The notes: generated by a model from the sequence alone, not told the origin. A stretch of 49,716 nucleotides of DNA from Gammaproteobacteria bacterium (GCA_023257795.1 JALRBL010000072.1:1-49716), one strand, 5' to 3'; counted from the stretch's first letter, positions 28,863 to 40,264 are shown. Program-made: numbers and translations.

Positions 28863-29387
28863 CTAACTGGTTTGTGATTTATCGATCCTGAATTCACTAT
28901 AAATTAATACAAACTTATCAACAACAGTTTGTAGTTTTGAGGAACCAATTTTAATGTACTCTACTGTTCTTGATTCTTTGATAAATGGCATTTGTCTTGT
29001 TTGCTCAGGAAGTGCTAAATATATGGCACATATAAAGATAAAACCTTTTAATGCGCCAAACATAAAACCGAGAACTTTATCAATAGGGCCCAAACCTATC
29101 CAATTAATCAGTTTTGCAATTACTTTTAATACTAAGCTGCCGATAATTATCGTAACAACGAAAAGTGAAAGATAAGAAACTATGGTTATGGTTGTTTCAT
29201 TTTGGAAATATTGAGCAACAATAGGAAATGCAAAATAACTGAAACTTATTGACGCATATACTGCAGCAACCCAAAGCATCAATGATAAAAAATCGGTAAC
29301 AAATCCTTTAAATAATGATGAGAAACCGCCAATGAGGATTACCGTAAGCACTATGTAATCAAAGTGATTTAAAGCTAAGGCTTCCAA
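28863..29387 (-). CDS. cvpA: Colicin V production protein CvpA family membrane protein
   Basis: 174 aa with four predicted TM segments. Sits in the conserved dedD-cvpA-purF position. Confidence 0.85.
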   Translation of the reverse strand: MEALALNHFDYIVLTVILIGGFSSLFKGFVTDFLSLMLWVAAVYASISFSYFAFPIVAQYFQNETTITIVSYLSLFVVTIIIGSLVLKVIAKLINWIGLGPIDKVLGFMFGALKGFIFICAIYLALPEQTRQMPFIKESRTVEYIKIGSSKLQTVVDKFVLIYSEFRIDKSQTS

Positions 29388-29860
29388 ACTAATATCTTGC
29401 CCTCAGATATGCCTGCAATTTTATGAACCGTATCCATATTATTTTCAAGATCTTCTTGATTAAGAAATGGGCCTACTTTTACATAAAAAAGGTTATTAGT
29501 GTTATCAATGTGTGCTGGAAAGCCTTTTGACTTAAATTGCTCTGCTAAATTAAGAGCTGTTTCATTTTTTGAGAATGCACCGACCTGATACAACAATCCA
29601 TTAAAGTCTTCAAGATTAATTTTGTCTTTCAAAGATGGTAGTTTCTCAAAATTCTCAAAGTCATTGTTATTAATATTTATATCGTCAGGAGTGATAATTT
29701 CAAAGGTACTTGGAACAGGAGCATCTATATCTTCTATCTCGATAGCTGGTTGATAAAATCCATCATAATTAAATTGTGGTTGAGGAGATAACACGTACAT
29801 AAAAAGAATCACAATCAAGCCGAGAAGAATGCTAAAGCCAAGAAAGCGGTCTAAATTCAT
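29375..29860 (-). CDS. SPOR domain-containing cell-division protein (DedD-like)
   Basis: 161 aa with an N-terminal TM helix and a C-terminal SPOR pattern YQVGAFSKNETALNLAEQFKSKGFPAHI...FYVKVGPF. Confidence 0.8.
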   Translation of the reverse strand: MNLDRFLGFSILLGLIVILFMYVLSPQPQFNYDGFYQPAIEIEDIDAPVPSTFEIITPDDININNNDFENFEKLPSLKDKINLEDFNGLLYQVGAFSKNETALNLAEQFKSKGFPAHIDNTNNLFYVKVGPFLNQEDLENNMDTVHKIAGISEGKILVWKP

Positions 29861-30720
29861 GAATTCTTATACAGTTTACCAATCAACCGTGCGACTGTTG
29901 ATCTTAGCTGCGCTCTAGGAACTATCATGTCAATTGCTCCATGCTCAAGTAAAAACTCTGATTTTTGAAAATTATCAGGTAAATCAACCCTAACAGTTTG
30001 CTCTATTACTCTTCTTCCAGCAAAACCAACTAACGCACCTGGTTCAGCAATATTTATATCACCGAGCATCGCCAAGCTCGCAGATACGCCCCCATAGATT
30101 GGGTCAATCATAATAGAAATATATGGAAGCTTTGCTTCTTTAAGCTTTTCAAGAGCTGCAGCAGTCTTGGCCATTTGCATTAAGGAAATCATTGATTCTT
30201 GCATTCTTGCTCCACCGCTAGTTGAAAAGCAAACGAATGGCTTGTGTTCTGAAATAGCTCTCTCAACGGCTAAGACAAATTTAGTACCCACGACCCCTCC
30301 CATTGAGCCACCGAGAAATCTGAATTCGAAGGCAGCAACAATGATATCGATACCCCTTAATTTCCCACTTGCAGTAACTATTGCTTCATTTTCGCCAGTT
30401 GCACTAACTGCATCTTTAATACGCTGCTCGTAGGTTTTAGTATCCTTAAAATTTAGTATATTTTTAGCTTTAAGCTTACTTCCAAATTCTTCAAAATCGC
30501 CATTATCTAAAAATATAGCCAGTCTTGTTTTGGCGCCAACTCTTAAATGATGATCGCATTTTGGACAAACAAAAAGGGATTTTTCTAGCTCTGGCTGGTA
30601 GAGAATTGCTTCACAAGCAGGACAGTTATTCCAAAGACCATCAGGAACTTTACTTTTCTTTGTTTTGGCCCCATCGCCTTCTTTCCCAATGGAAGGTATG
30701 AGTCGTGTTAACCAATTCAT
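29857..30720 (-). CDS. accD: Acetyl-CoA carboxylase carboxyltransferase subunit beta
   Basis: 287 aa with zinc ribbon CPACEAILY...CPKCDHH, then FLGGSMG and GGARMQE. Confidence 0.96.
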   Translation of the reverse strand: MNWLTRLIPSIGKEGDGAKTKKSKVPDGLWNNCPACEAILYQPELEKSLFVCPKCDHHLRVGAKTRLAIFLDNGDFEEFGSKLKAKNILNFKDTKTYEQRIKDAVSATGENEAIVTASGKLRGIDIIVAAFEFRFLGGSMGGVVGTKFVLAVERAISEHKPFVCFSTSGGARMQESMISLMQMAKTAAALEKLKEAKLPYISIMIDPIYGGVSASLAMLGDINIAEPGALVGFAGRRVIEQTVRVDLPDNFQKSEFLLEHGAIDMIVPRAQLRSTVARLIGKLYKNS

Positions 30721-30722
30721 TA

Positions 30723-31508
30723 TTACTTAATAGCCTTTGCAACTGAGTTAAGATAATTATATATTTTTTTATAATTTTTTTTAGGTGAACATTGATGAAT
30801 TAAATTCACTAAGTAAGAACCTATCACTACACCATCCGCAGAGGCTGCTGCTAGAAGAGCGTCCTCTTTTGTTTTGATTCCAAAGCCCGAAAAAATTGGT
30901 AGATTAGAAGTAGATTTCAACTCGATAATATTTCTTGTAATTTCTTCGAAATCCAATGAAGAGGATCCTGTAACTCCCCTGAAGTTAACATAGTAAATAA
31001 AGCCAGAAGCATTTTTGCATATTGCTCTCTTTCTTTTGTTATTGGTAGTCGGTGCTATTAATGTTATGGAATGAAGACTATCGTTATTAATGCCTAGGTT
31101 TTTATGGGAAATTTCTCCAGGAAGGTCAACGATTATCAACCCATCGATTATTTTTGCATTTTTTCCTTCTAAGAACTTCCTATTTGCCATAAAAGTATTT
31201 GAATAGCCCATAAGAATTATTGGGGTTTGGTTATCATCTTTTCTAAAATCCTGAAGCAACTTAAACGCCAAAGAAAAGGTCGTACCATTCTTAAGGGCTC
31301 TATCATGTGCGTTCTGAATAGTAATACCCTCAGCAATAGGGTCTGAGAATGGGATCCCAAGCTCGATAATGTCAACTCCTGATTGAACAAATCCATGCAT
31401 CAATTCAAGTGTTGTTTGGATACTTGGATCACCTGCAACCAGATATGCAACCAACCCCTTGCTGTTTTCTGCCTTAAGATGATTAAGACGATCATCCAGT
31501 CTATTCAA
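30723..31508 (-). CDS. trpA: Tryptophan synthase alpha chain
   Basis: 261 aa with [17 protein letters not shown], and GFGI near the C-terminus. Confidence 0.93.
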   Translation of the reverse strand: MNRLDDRLNHLKAENSKGLVAYLVAGDPSIQTTLELMHGFVQSGVDIIELGIPFSDPIAEGITIQNAHDRALKNGTTFSLAFKLLQDFRKDDNQTPIILMGYSNTFMANRKFLEGKNAKIIDGLIIVDLPGEISHKNLGINNDSLHSITLIAPTTNNKRKRAICKNASGFIYYVNFRGVTGSSSLDFEEITRNIIELKSTSNLPIFSGFGIKTKEDALLAAASADGVVIGSYLVNLIHQCSPKKNYKKIYNYLNSVAKAIK

Positions 31509-32703
31509 GGCTTATTCCCTCGAGCTTTGCAACGGTTGAGATATCCTTGTCACCTCGTCCTGAAACATTAACTACAATGTTATCTTTTACAGAATAAGAC
31601 TTTGAGATTTTTTCAAGTGCTGCGAAAGCATGCGCAGTTTCAAGGGCAGGAATAATTCCCTCAAGCTCTGAAACTTCATGAAAGGCTTTTAATACTGCTT
31701 CATCATTAACCGGGAAATAATTAACTCTTCCGATATCTTTAAGATAAGAGTGTTCTGGACCAACTCCAGGATAATCTAAGCCGGCTGATATGGAATGAGT
31801 AGGTAAAACTTGACCTTTTTTATCTTGAATGAGATAGCTTAGTGCTCCATGTAAAATTCCTGGCGATCCCTTGGTTAAGGTTGCAGAATGCTTATTCTTC
31901 TCAAGCTTTCTCCCGTCTGCTTCTATTCCATAGAGATTAACCTGTTTATTTTGAATAAATGGATAAAAAATACCCATTGCATTTGAGCCGCCTCCTACAC
32001 ACGCAATAATAGCATTGGGAAGCTTTCCAAAATGATGTTTGGCTTGAATCTTAAGTTCTCTTCCAACAATGGAATTAAAATCTCTAACAATCATAGGATA
32101 TGGATGAGGGCCAGTAACACTACCAATTATGTAGTAAGTATCCTCTACATTGGTTACCCAATCTCTGATGGCTTCGTTTAATGCATCTTTTAAGGTAGCT
32201 GTTCCGCTGTGCACTGGGTGAACAGATGCGCCCAAAAGTTTAATCCTGTATACATTTAAAGACTGTCTATCTACGTCTTCAGCACCCATATATATATGGC
32301 ATTCAAGGCCGAGCCTTGCAGCAACTGTAGCGGTTGCTACTCCATGCTGCCCTGCTCCAGTTTCGGCAATAATTCTTTTTTTTCCCATTTTCTTAGCTAG
32401 GATGATTTGCCCAATGGTATTGTTGATCTTGTGAGCACCGGTATGATTAAGGTCTTCTCTTTTTAACCAGATTTTAGGTCCCTTGTATTTTTTTGTTAGT
32501 CTTTCAGCAAAGTAAAGAGGCGAAGGTCTGCCAACAAATTCGGCATAATCTTTATCAATCTGTTTTTGAAATGCTGTGCTTGTTTTAAGCTTGTTATACT
32601 CAGATTCAAGCTCTGTTAAAGCTTTCATTAAGGTTTCTGGAACAAACTTTCCTCCATAATTTCCAAAGAAACCATCTTTGTTAGGAAGCTCTATTTTACT
32701 CAT
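31501..32703 (-). CDS. trpB: Tryptophan synthase beta chain
   Basis: 400 aa with [15 protein letters not shown] (PLP lysine), ETGAGQHG and GGGSNAMG. Confidence 0.97.
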   Translation of the reverse strand: MSKIELPNKDGFFGNYGGKFVPETLMKALTELESEYNKLKTSTAFQKQIDKDYAEFVGRPSPLYFAERLTKKYKGPKIWLKREDLNHTGAHKINNTIGQIILAKKMGKKRIIAETGAGQHGVATATVAARLGLECHIYMGAEDVDRQSLNVYRIKLLGASVHPVHSGTATLKDALNEAIRDWVTNVEDTYYIIGSVTGPHPYPMIVRDFNSIVGRELKIQAKHHFGKLPNAIIACVGGGSNAMGIFYPFIQNKQVNLYGIEADGRKLEKNKHSATLTKGSPGILHGALSYLIQDKKGQVLPTHSISAGLDYPGVGPEHSYLKDIGRVNYFPVNDEAVLKAFHEVSELEGIIPALETAHAFAALEKISKSYSVKDNIVVNVSGRGDKDISTVAKLEGISLE

Positions 32704-33313
32704 GGCTTTTGTATCTAATTAGCAGTTGTTCCATCAAGGAAATACTTTTTTTTCCAGGAGAGCATTCTATACCAGAATTAATATCTATAATTGCTGGATT
32801 ATGTTTAATAGCTTGATCGATATTATCTATATTGATTCCTCCTGCTAAAACATAGTGCTTAATGCTTAGTTCATGTAGCAAATCCCAACTAAATGTCTCC
32901 CCAGTTCCTCCGGTCAATCCCTCTTTTTTTGTATCTAATAAAATAGCATCGGCACTTGGATAGTTTGAAATTCTAGATAAGTCTGTTTTATTAGAGATGC
33001 CAATAGCTTTCCAGTATGGTTGTTTGAATGATTTACAAAACTCTTCGTTTTCATTTCCGTGAAATTGCAAAATCGCATTAGGTAGTATTTCTAGAGCGCT
33101 TAAAACCAATGCTTCAGTAGGATCAACCAAAACAATGACAGGTCGAGTAAATTTGAAATTAATATTTCTAATTTTTTTTAAAAAATCTAAGCTGATAGCT
33201 CTTGGGCTTTTTGCATAACAAATAAAACCTAGGAAATTTACATTGTTATCAATGGCAAAATTACATGCTTCAATTGAGTTCATGCCGCAGAATTTGATCT
33301 TAGGTTGGATCAA
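32696..33313 (-). CDS. trpF: Phosphoribosylanthranilate isomerase
   Basis: 205 aa with KFCGM, LQFHGNE, and an LAGGI..N TIM-barrel pattern. Confidence 0.9.
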   Translation of the reverse strand: MIQPKIKFCGMNSIEACNFAIDNNVNFLGFICYAKSPRAISLDFLKKIRNINFKFTRPVIVLVDPTEALVLSALEILPNAILQFHGNENEEFCKSFKQPYWKAIGISNKTDLSRISNYPSADAILLDTKKEGLTGGTGETFSWDLLHELSIKHYVLAGGINIDNIDQAIKHNPAIIDINSGIECSPGKKSISLMEQLLIRYKSHE

Positions 33314-33314
33314 T

Positions 33315-34088
33315 TTATATCACCATATGATGAAAAGAAAATTGGGTTTCGGTATGACCTGGATAGGAGGCACCTAAAAATACCAGTCCGCAAGCCTGCG
33401 CTGTTGGCCCAGCATTTGCTCTATTTTTACTACATATAATTTCTTTGAGTGACATTTTGTGCTGATGTAGTCCAATTTGAATGAGTGTACCAACAATAAT
33501 TCTAACCATATTGTGCAAAAAAGCGTTTGCGGTTATTTCAAAATAAACAAATCCATTTTTGGAAAATATTTCAAACTCTTGAATATTTTTTATTGTTGAT
33601 TTAGCTGTACACTCTGAGCTTCTAAAAGAAGAAAAATCATGCTCGCCCATTAATGAATGCACTTCCTCTCTTATAAGATCCAAATCTAAAGTATCTTTGA
33701 TCCAATATGAGGTAGCAGCCTTAAGCGGTCTTTGTGTAATGTTGTTATCAATACAGTAAAGATAACGTCTGTTAATTGCAGAAAACCTAGCATGAAAACT
33801 CTCATCGACTAATCTTATATCCTTAAGTGCAATATCCTTAGGAAGATGAGAGTTAATACCATTCTCCCAATTTTGAAGAGTGCGTTCTGCATCAGATTCA
33901 AAATCGATAATTTGTGAATACGCATGCACTCCTGCATCAGTTCTTCCGCAGCAATTAATTCTTTTTTTTAAATGCCCTACTTTATTAATTGCATCTTCAA
34001 TTTCAGCTTGGATGCTTTTAGCATTATTTTGGAACTGAAAACCAGAGTAATGAGTTCCCTGATACTCGCAAATAGCAAGATATTTCAT
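33315..34088 (-). CDS. truA: tRNA pseudouridine(38-40) synthase
   Basis: 257 aa with YQGTHYSGFQ, the catalytic Asp in GRTDAGVHA, and FLHNMVR. Confidence 0.95.
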   Translation of the reverse strand: MKYLAICEYQGTHYSGFQFQNNAKSIQAEIEDAINKVGHLKKRINCCGRTDAGVHAYSQIIDFESDAERTLQNWENGINSHLPKDIALKDIRLVDESFHARFSAINRRYLYCIDNNITQRPLKAATSYWIKDTLDLDLIREEVHSLMGEHDFSSFRSSECTAKSTIKNIQEFEIFSKNGFVYFEITANAFLHNMVRIIVGTLIQIGLHQHKMSLKEIICSKNRANAGPTAQACGLVFLGASYPGHTETQFSFHHMVI

Positions 34089-35416
34089 TAGCTTTTGATT
34101 TTACTAAGCAAAGTTTTGGCATCATCCAGAATTGTTTGATCCTTAGAAGAATTTATAACTGCAGCAATAATCGCTTCAGCATTCGTGAAGGAGCCCATCT
34201 CAATATAGGTTCTTGCTAAATCAAGATCTTGTTCTTCTTGATTATTTTCAATACTCAAACCAACAGGCAAAGATGTGCCTTCATTATACTGCCTTGTTGC
34301 TTCAATGCTGTTGATCCCTTTTCGTTTTACAAACACCAAAGCCAAGAGAAAGCCTATAACTAGAGAGATGAGCGCTATGAGGATATTAGCAAGAATGGAA
34401 TCTTTACTATTAGCATTATCAACTTGAATTTGTTTGGGTTGAGCAAGATCTGCATTCAATATTAATTTAGAGGTATTGGCTGCAATTATCTCTGCGGGAG
34501 TTTGTCCGGATTGCGTTGGGTTGAGGATTGCAGGTTTTTCATGGTAAGAATTATCTTGAGTAATACTTTCTTCTTGAGATTTAGCCGAAAAAAATTCGCC
34601 TACTTGAGGAGTGCTTAGTGTAAGCCTGGGTGAGTTTTGATCTGAGTTCGTTGAAAAATTTCTTATACTTTCTTTAGCGAACTTTGAATCAATACTCTCG
34701 ACAAAAGGTTTATTTGGAAATTCAATGTCTATGTTAGAGATCAGCTTACTAATATCTCCGTCAATAAATGCATTAGGGTTATTTAAAAAAATTCCCCACA
34801 TAATCTGGTAAATATCTGCTTCAAACTCATCTCTTATGGATGAGGATATCGACCACATAGTGTCTCCAGATCTGGTTGAATAAGAATTGGTTCCAATATT
34901 ACTAACTACCTCATCTTGAAGAATATTTTCTGGTTCACTTAATCCAATAGTAGTATCAGTTTTAAGGTCTTCTTGGTGATTGTTAAAATCTTTTTCTTCA
35001 ACTAGAGCTATTTTCTTTGAGGGTGGAATAACAAAATTCTGAGTTTGTAGAGCCTGTCTAGCTGACTTTATGGGGTTATCTGGAAGAAAGATAAAAATAT
35101 CTTTATTGAATTCATCTAACAGTTTTATGCGGTAAGCAAAATAATCTGCCGTATAACTATTAGATAAATTAATAGTAAGTCGTTGAAAAGAATCCAAATC
35201 TTCTAATAGGGTACTTGTTATGAAATCGTTAGTAAGAGGGTTATTGGATTTGTATTCAAAAAGTCTGAAGTCGCTATCTCCAATTTTGTTTTTGGCTTCG
35301 ATAAGCATTTCAATCTTGTAATTACCTGAGGTATGTTGAGAAATTTTAGGACTAGATACTTTAACATCTGCCACCAATGAAGCAGCGAACAAAAGAATAG
35401 TCAGTAAGATTCGCAT
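34088..35416 (-). CDS. FimV/HubP-family protein, reduced form (signal peptide, LysM-like segment, TM helix, FimV C-terminal motif)
   Basis: 442 aa with N-terminal signal MRILLTILLFAASLVA, a LysM-like RSGDTMWSISSSI, a TM helix ILANILIALISLVIGFLLALVFV, and C-terminal LDLARTYIEMGSFTNAEAII. Position asd-X-truA matches Pseudomonas fimV. Confidence 0.7.
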   Translation of the reverse strand: MRILLTILLFAASLVADVKVSSPKISQHTSGNYKIEMLIEAKNKIGDSDFRLFEYKSNNPLTNDFITSTLLEDLDSFQRLTINLSNSYTADYFAYRIKLLDEFNKDIFIFLPDNPIKSARQALQTQNFVIPPSKKIALVEEKDFNNHQEDLKTDTTIGLSEPENILQDEVVSNIGTNSYSTRSGDTMWSISSSIRDEFEADIYQIMWGIFLNNPNAFIDGDISKLISNIDIEFPNKPFVESIDSKFAKESIRNFSTNSDQNSPRLTLSTPQVGEFFSAKSQEESITQDNSYHEKPAILNPTQSGQTPAEIIAANTSKLILNADLAQPKQIQVDNANSKDSILANILIALISLVIGFLLALVFVKRKGINSIEATRQYNEGTSLPVGLSIENNQEEQDLDLARTYIEMGSFTNAEAIIAAVINSSKDQTILDDAKTLLSKIKS

Positions 35417-35417
35417 C

Positions 35418-36425
35418 TTAAATCTTATTAAGGTTGATTAGAGATTCAATTACCTCGACTGCATTTAAAGCTGCGCCCCTGCCGTACACGTTGTCAGCAA
35501 CTATCCACATTGAGGCCCAATACTCATCTGCAATTTCTTCAACCCTTATTCTGCCGACGAAGACTTCTTCAGTATCATTGCATTGCTCTAATGGGGTTGG
35601 GTATTCTAGGAGCGCAGGATTATCCATCACTTTTACTCCTGGAGCTCCCTCTAGTAATTCTATGATTGACTCTCGTGTGGTTGGGTTATTGAGTCTCATA
35701 AAAACTGCTTCAGAGTGACCGTTTCTTACTGGAACTCGAACACAAGTTGCATTTACATGGATATTTTTATCAAGAATTTTTTGGGTCTCCCAAACCAATT
35801 TCATCTCTTCCTTGGTATAAAAATTTTCTAAAAAAATATCGCATTGCGGAATCGCATTAAAGGCAATAGGTCTAGGATAAATTTTATGATCTTGGTGGTT
35901 ATATTGAACTTGATGATCTAATTCAGCCAAAGCCGCTTCACCTGTTCCAGAAACTGCTTGATACGTGGCAATGTTAATATTTTTAATACAAAACATATCG
36001 TGAATTGGCTTCAAAACCATCAATAATTGGGCAGTAGAACAATTGGGGTTGGCAATTATGCAAGGCTGTTTGAGACTAGCTAATGAGGATTCATTGACTG
36101 CTGGTATTACAAGAGGAACGCTTTCCTGATATCTGTAATAGGAAGATAAATCAATTACATACGATCCAGCATCTACAAATTTCTGGGCGTATTCTTTTGC
36201 GGGGTCAGAACCAGCAGCAAAAATTGTGATATGGATATTTTCAGGTATAAAAGATGCTAAATCTAAAATTTCAATACTTGAGCCTTGGAATTTTATATGT
36301 TGTCCAGCGGATTTTGATCCTAATAAAATTAAATTATTTATAGGCAACGCTCTTTTTTCGAGCAGGCTGAGTAATTTTTTGCCGACCATCCCAGATGCGC
36401 CGACCAGAGCAAAATTATAATTCAT
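35418..36425 (-). CDS. asd: Aspartate-semialdehyde dehydrogenase (short class; could be the Usg-1/PA3116-like paralogue)
   Basis: 335 aa with LVGASGMVG, catalytic Cys in IANPNCSTAQL, and His in VRNGHSEAV. Confidence 0.8.
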   Translation of the reverse strand: MNYNFALVGASGMVGKKLLSLLEKRALPINNLILLGSKSAGQHIKFQGSSIEILDLASFIPENIHITIFAAGSDPAKEYAQKFVDAGSYVIDLSSYYRYQESVPLVIPAVNESSLASLKQPCIIANPNCSTAQLLMVLKPIHDMFCIKNINIATYQAVSGTGEAALAELDHQVQYNHQDHKIYPRPIAFNAIPQCDIFLENFYTKEEMKLVWETQKILDKNIHVNATCVRVPVRNGHSEAVFMRLNNPTTRESIIELLEGAPGVKVMDNPALLEYPTPLEQCNDTEEVFVGRIRVEEIADEYWASMWIVADNVYGRGAALNAVEVIESLINLNKI

Positions 36426-36431
36426 CTTTTT

Positions 36432-37064
36432 TTATAACCATGGTTTAACTGCCAAATGATTGGCTTCAAAATCTTTTATTCGTTGAGCATCCTTCATAGT
36501 AATATCAATATCGTCTTGATTGTGGATAATGCGATTGATAAGGCTATCCTCAACATTAAATGTAATTGATTCCTTGCCTGCCATGATGGTTTTATCAACT
36601 AAAGACACTATGATTTGATGGGGATCATGTTTAATAAATGACTCTATTTTTGTAATGTCTTTTGATTGAAGTTTGATAGCCAATACACTGTTCTTAAAAC
36701 AATTGTTATAAAAGATATCTCCAAATGAAGTTGAGATTACAGCCTCAATTCCAAAATCTCTTAAAGCCCAAACAGCATGCTCTCTGCTAGAACCGCAACC
36801 AAAATTATCTCCAACCAATAAAATTTTTGCCTTATCAAATGGTTGTTGGTTAAGGATAAAATCTTTCTGCAGCCCTCTTTCTTTCACAGGCGTATCGAGA
36901 TCGCCGTCTCTTTGATATCTCCACCCATCAAATAAAAACTCTCCAAATCCAAATTTTTTAATAGATTTAAGAAACTCGGTAGGAATAATTTGATCGGTAT
37001 CAATATTATCAATCATAATTTTTGCGACTATTCCAATAATTTTATCTTTCATAATTATATTCAT
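36432..37064 (-). CDS. leuD: 3-isopropylmalate dehydratase small subunit
   Basis: 210 aa with [10 protein letters not shown] and [17 protein letters not shown]. An alternative ATG lies at 37052. Overlaps the leuC 3' end. Confidence 0.93.
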   Translation of the reverse strand: MNIIMKDKIIGIVAKIMIDNIDTDQIIPTEFLKSIKKFGFGEFLFDGWRYQRDGDLDTPVKERGLQKDFILNQQPFDKAKILLVGDNFGCGSSREHAVWALRDFGIEAVISTSFGDIFYNNCFKNSVLAIKLQSKDITKIESFIKHDPHQIIVSLVDKTIMAGKESITFNVEDSLINRIIHNQDDIDITMKDAQRIKDFEANHLAVKPWL

Positions 37065-38439
37065 TAAGATCCGATGGAAGATGCCCGTGAATAGCCACTA
37101 ATCCAGCAACAAATGGGCTAACTAGATGGGTTCTACCTAAGTACCCTTGTCGACCTTCAAAGTTTCTATTTGAAGTTGAAGCACATCTTTCGTATGGAGC
37201 TAGCTTATCCTCGTTCATCCCTAAACACATTGAGCAACCTGGATCTCTCCAAGAAAAACCTGCCTCCTTAAATATTATATCTAGACCCTCTTGCTCAGCT
37301 TGTTTCTGAACCGATCTAGAGCCTGGAACAATTAATACCTCTTTAATGCTTGCTGCTTTTTTTCTACCTTTAATCGCAGCGGCAGCAGCTCTTAAATCCT
37401 CAATCCTAGAATTAGTGCAGGAACCAATGAATACCTTATCAAATTCAATATTCAAAAGATTCTTCTCGTTTTCCAATCCCATATAACTAAGGGCTTTTTT
37501 ACTGTTAGATGATTTTGGTATATCCCCATTAAAAGCAATGGTCATTTCGGGTGATGTCCCCCACGAAACTTGGGGCAACAAATCACTAATATCTATTTCA
37601 ATCTCTTTATCAAATGTTGCGTGTGGATCAGAGTGAAGCTGACTCCAATAATCAAAAGCATCAGATGACTCAAGCTTTTGAGAGTTTCCTCGTTCCTTGA
37701 TGTAGGACTCCGTGACTGAATCGTAAGCCACTAAACCAACTTTTGCCCCTGCCTCAATCGACATGTTGCAAATAGTCATCCTGCCCTCCATGGATAAGGA
37801 TTCAATATAATCTCCAGCAAACTCTATAGCATGACCCGTGCCTCCAGCTGTGCCAATTTTGCTAATAATATAGAGAATTACATCTTTAGGAGTAATCCAA
37901 AACTTTGGAGCGCCTACAATACTGATGCGCATATTAGCTAATTTTCTGACTCTCAGTGTTTGGGTTGCGAGAACATGTTCAACTTCTGAAGTCCCAATAC
38001 CCATCGACAAACATGCAAAAGCACCGTGAGTAGATGTATGAGAATCACCGCAAACAATAGTCATTCCAGGTAGAGTTAAGCCAAGCTCAGGGCCAATAAC
38101 ATGCACGATGCCTTGCTTATCTGAGTTGATGTCATGCTGAGTTACACCAAATTTTTTACAATTTTTATCTAACTCAATTAATTGAATCTTTGATAAAGAG
38201 TGTTCAGAATTATGAATATCAAGATTTTTACCTCGCTGAGTTGATACGTTATGATCTGGAGTCGCTACATTGGCATCCAATCTCCAAGGTGCTAAGCCCT
38301 TTTTTTCTATTCCCTCAAAAGCTTGTGGGGAAGTGACCTCGTGTAAAAAATGTCTGTCAATGTAAAGCAATGTTTCGGCATCATCATCTGGATTGATGGC
38401 ATGCATATCCCAGAGTTTGTCGTATAAAGTTTTATTCAT
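37042..38439 (-). CDS. leuC: 3-isopropylmalate dehydratase large subunit
   Basis: The track ORF starts at 38466. I prefer ATG 38439 ([15 protein letters not shown], collinear with the E. coli LeuC N-terminus). Motifs [14 protein letters not shown]-like, [12 protein letters not shown] and CSMCLGMN are present. Confidence 0.95.
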   Translation of the reverse strand: MNKTLYDKLWDMHAINPDDDAETLLYIDRHFLHEVTSPQAFEGIEKKGLAPWRLDANVATPDHNVSTQRGKNLDIHNSEHSLSKIQLIELDKNCKKFGVTQHDINSDKQGIVHVIGPELGLTLPGMTIVCGDSHTSTHGAFACLSMGIGTSEVEHVLATQTLRVRKLANMRISIVGAPKFWITPKDVILYIISKIGTAGGTGHAIEFAGDYIESLSMEGRMTICNMSIEAGAKVGLVAYDSVTESYIKERGNSQKLESSDAFDYWSQLHSDPHATFDKEIEIDISDLLPQVSWGTSPEMTIAFNGDIPKSSNSKKALSYMGLENEKNLLNIEFDKVFIGSCTNSRIEDLRAAAAAIKGRKKAASIKEVLIVPGSRSVQKQAEQEGLDIIFKEAGFSWRDPGCSMCLGMNEDKLAPYERCASTSNRNFEGRQGYLGRTHLVSPFVAGLVAIHGHLPSDLNEYNYER

Positions 38440-39514
38440 TGTTTTGAAACGGAACGGATTGATCAACTTCTCCGCATTGAGCTTTGTTCCTTAAATAATG
38501 ATCTACCAAAACTAAGTTGGTCATTGCCTCAGCAATGGGTACAGCTCTTATTCCAACACAAGGATCATGTCTCCCAGTTACCGAAAGCGTTGTTTCTTCT
38601 CCTTGTGAGCTAATAGTGTTTGAAGATTTCCTGATAGATGAGGTTGGCTTAACTGTAAAACCAATAACTATTTCATTGCTGGATGATATCCCTCCTAAAA
38701 TTCCACCGGAAAAATTGCTCTCAAAGCCTCTTGCTGACATCTCATCTCTAATTTCAGACCCTCTCTTAGAAGTATCTTCGAGATCTCCAATAGACACTGC
38801 TTTAACTGCATTAATAGACATTATTGCTTTAGCAAGATCTGCATCCAATTTATCAAATACAGGCTCACCCAATCCTGGAGGACAGCCTTTGACTAGAATT
38901 TTTAATTTGGCTCCTACAGAATCACCCTCTTGAATAAGATCTGCAAACAAAGTTTCTAATTCGTTAAGCTTTGATTCATCTGCAAAATTAAATTTGTTGG
39001 AAGATTCCCACGATATTTGTTCAGCGAGCACTGGTCCAATTTGGGTTACGATGCATTGGGTTTCTATCCCATGAGATAACAAGTATTTTTTAGCCACAGC
39101 GCCTGCGGCTACTCTCATAGCTGTTTCACGGGCACTTGATCTTCCGCCGCCTCTATAATCTCTAATGCCATACTTTGCTTGATAGGTGATATCAGCATGA
39201 TTGGGCCTAAACACATCTTTCAGATGATCGTAATCTTTAGAGTTTTGATTCTTGTTTTCAATAATAAGACCTATAGGCGTTCCAGTGGTTTTTCCTTCAA
39301 ACACTCCAGATAGGATTTTTACGCAATCATCTTCACGTCTTGGGGTGGTAACGTCAGATTGGCCAGGTTTCCTCTTATTCAGTTCAATCTGGATATAAGT
39401 CTCATCAATAGAAATTCCGGGAGGACAGCCGTCAATAATGCATCCCAAAGCACTCCCATGGCTTTCACCAAAAGTAGTAACAGTAAAGTTTTTACCAAAC
39501 GTATTCCCTGACAT
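38432..39514 (-). CDS. aroC: Chorismate synthase
   Basis: 360 aa with [21 protein letters not shown] and GRHDPCV. Confidence 0.96.
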   Translation of the reverse strand: MSGNTFGKNFTVTTFGESHGSALGCIIDGCPPGISIDETYIQIELNKRKPGQSDVTTPRREDDCVKILSGVFEGKTTGTPIGLIIENKNQNSKDYDHLKDVFRPNHADITYQAKYGIRDYRGGGRSSARETAMRVAAGAVAKKYLLSHGIETQCIVTQIGPVLAEQISWESSNKFNFADESKLNELETLFADLIQEGDSVGAKLKILVKGCPPGLGEPVFDKLDADLAKAIMSINAVKAVSIGDLEDTSKRGSEIRDEMSARGFESNFSGGILGGISSSNEIVIGFTVKPTSSIRKSSNTISSQGEETTLSVTGRHDPCVGIRAVPIAEAMTNLVLVDHYLRNKAQCGEVDQSVPFQNNE

Positions 39515-39544
39515 GGGAAGAATTATAGTCTAATTAGATAGTTT

Positions 39545-40234
39545 TTAAGTCTTTAAAGAAGAAAGTCCGCTGTCAATATTAAAGGTTTGCCCAGTAATTC
39601 CATGGTCCTTTGCATGCAAAAGCAACTCAATTACTTTTGCAACATTTTTAGGGCTTCCTATTTGTTTAAGGGGATGTCTATCTTGGGCAGCTTGTAATTT
39701 GGTTTCGTTAGACAATAAAAATTCTGCCATGGGTGAACTGGTGAGAGAAGGAGCAACACAATTAACCGCAATTCTTGGTGCTAATTCGGCTGCCATTGAG
39801 ATAGCAAAACCATGCAAGGCACTCTTTGCAGCGGATATTGAGCCATGCATTGGCATACCCACATTTGATGCTACAGTAGTGATAAATACCACTGAAGCGC
39901 CATTTTCATTTTTTAATTTTGGTAAAAGGCTCTTTAAAGCATGAAAGGCACCAAAAAAATTAACTTCTAAATCCCTGTCCAAATCTTCTTTCTGCAAGCG
40001 TTGAATTGATTTAAGATTAATCGTTCCGGGGCAATACAGCATCCCATCCAGAGAATCAGGCAACCCATCCAGATTATCAAAGGTACTTAGATTATCTATG
40101 ATGAAATGGCGTCCTGGATTTTCAAAACTTGTTCTGCTGGTCGTATATACCTCGTAATCTTCTTTTCGGAGAAGAGAGAAGACTTCTTTTCCAATGGCAG
40201 AATTACTTCCTATTATTAAAAATTGTTTTTTCAT
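39545..40234 (-). CDS. SDR family oxidoreductase
   Basis: 229 aa with IIGSNSAIG, a Ser...SAAKSAL catalytic-region pattern (the usual Tyr position looks non-classical), and a Rossmann-fold layout. Confidence 0.75.
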   Translation of the reverse strand: MKKQFLIIGSNSAIGKEVFSLLRKEDYEVYTTSRTSFENPGRHFIIDNLSTFDNLDGLPDSLDGMLYCPGTINLKSIQRLQKEDLDRDLEVNFFGAFHALKSLLPKLKNENGASVVFITTVASNVGMPMHGSISAAKSALHGFAISMAAELAPRIAVNCVAPSLTSSPMAEFLLSNETKLQAAQDRHPLKQIGSPKNVAKVIELLLHAKDHGITGQTFNIDSGLSSLKT

Positions 40235-40264
40235 TGTTATATTAAATTCTCTTACAATTATGTT

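Noticed and set aside
38517-38933. 138-aa ORF antisense to aroC
   Set aside because: Same reasoning as above. It is embedded in chorismate synthase and has a low-complexity Ser/Pro/Leu-rich translation.
40223-40264. ATG 40223 as the acylase start, giving a 12-nt head-to-head overlap with the divergent SDR gene
   Set aside because: An in-frame GTG at 40265 yields a normal signal peptide and lipobox and removes the divergent overlap. The extra 14 residues (MFFHCYIKFSYNYV) look non-native.
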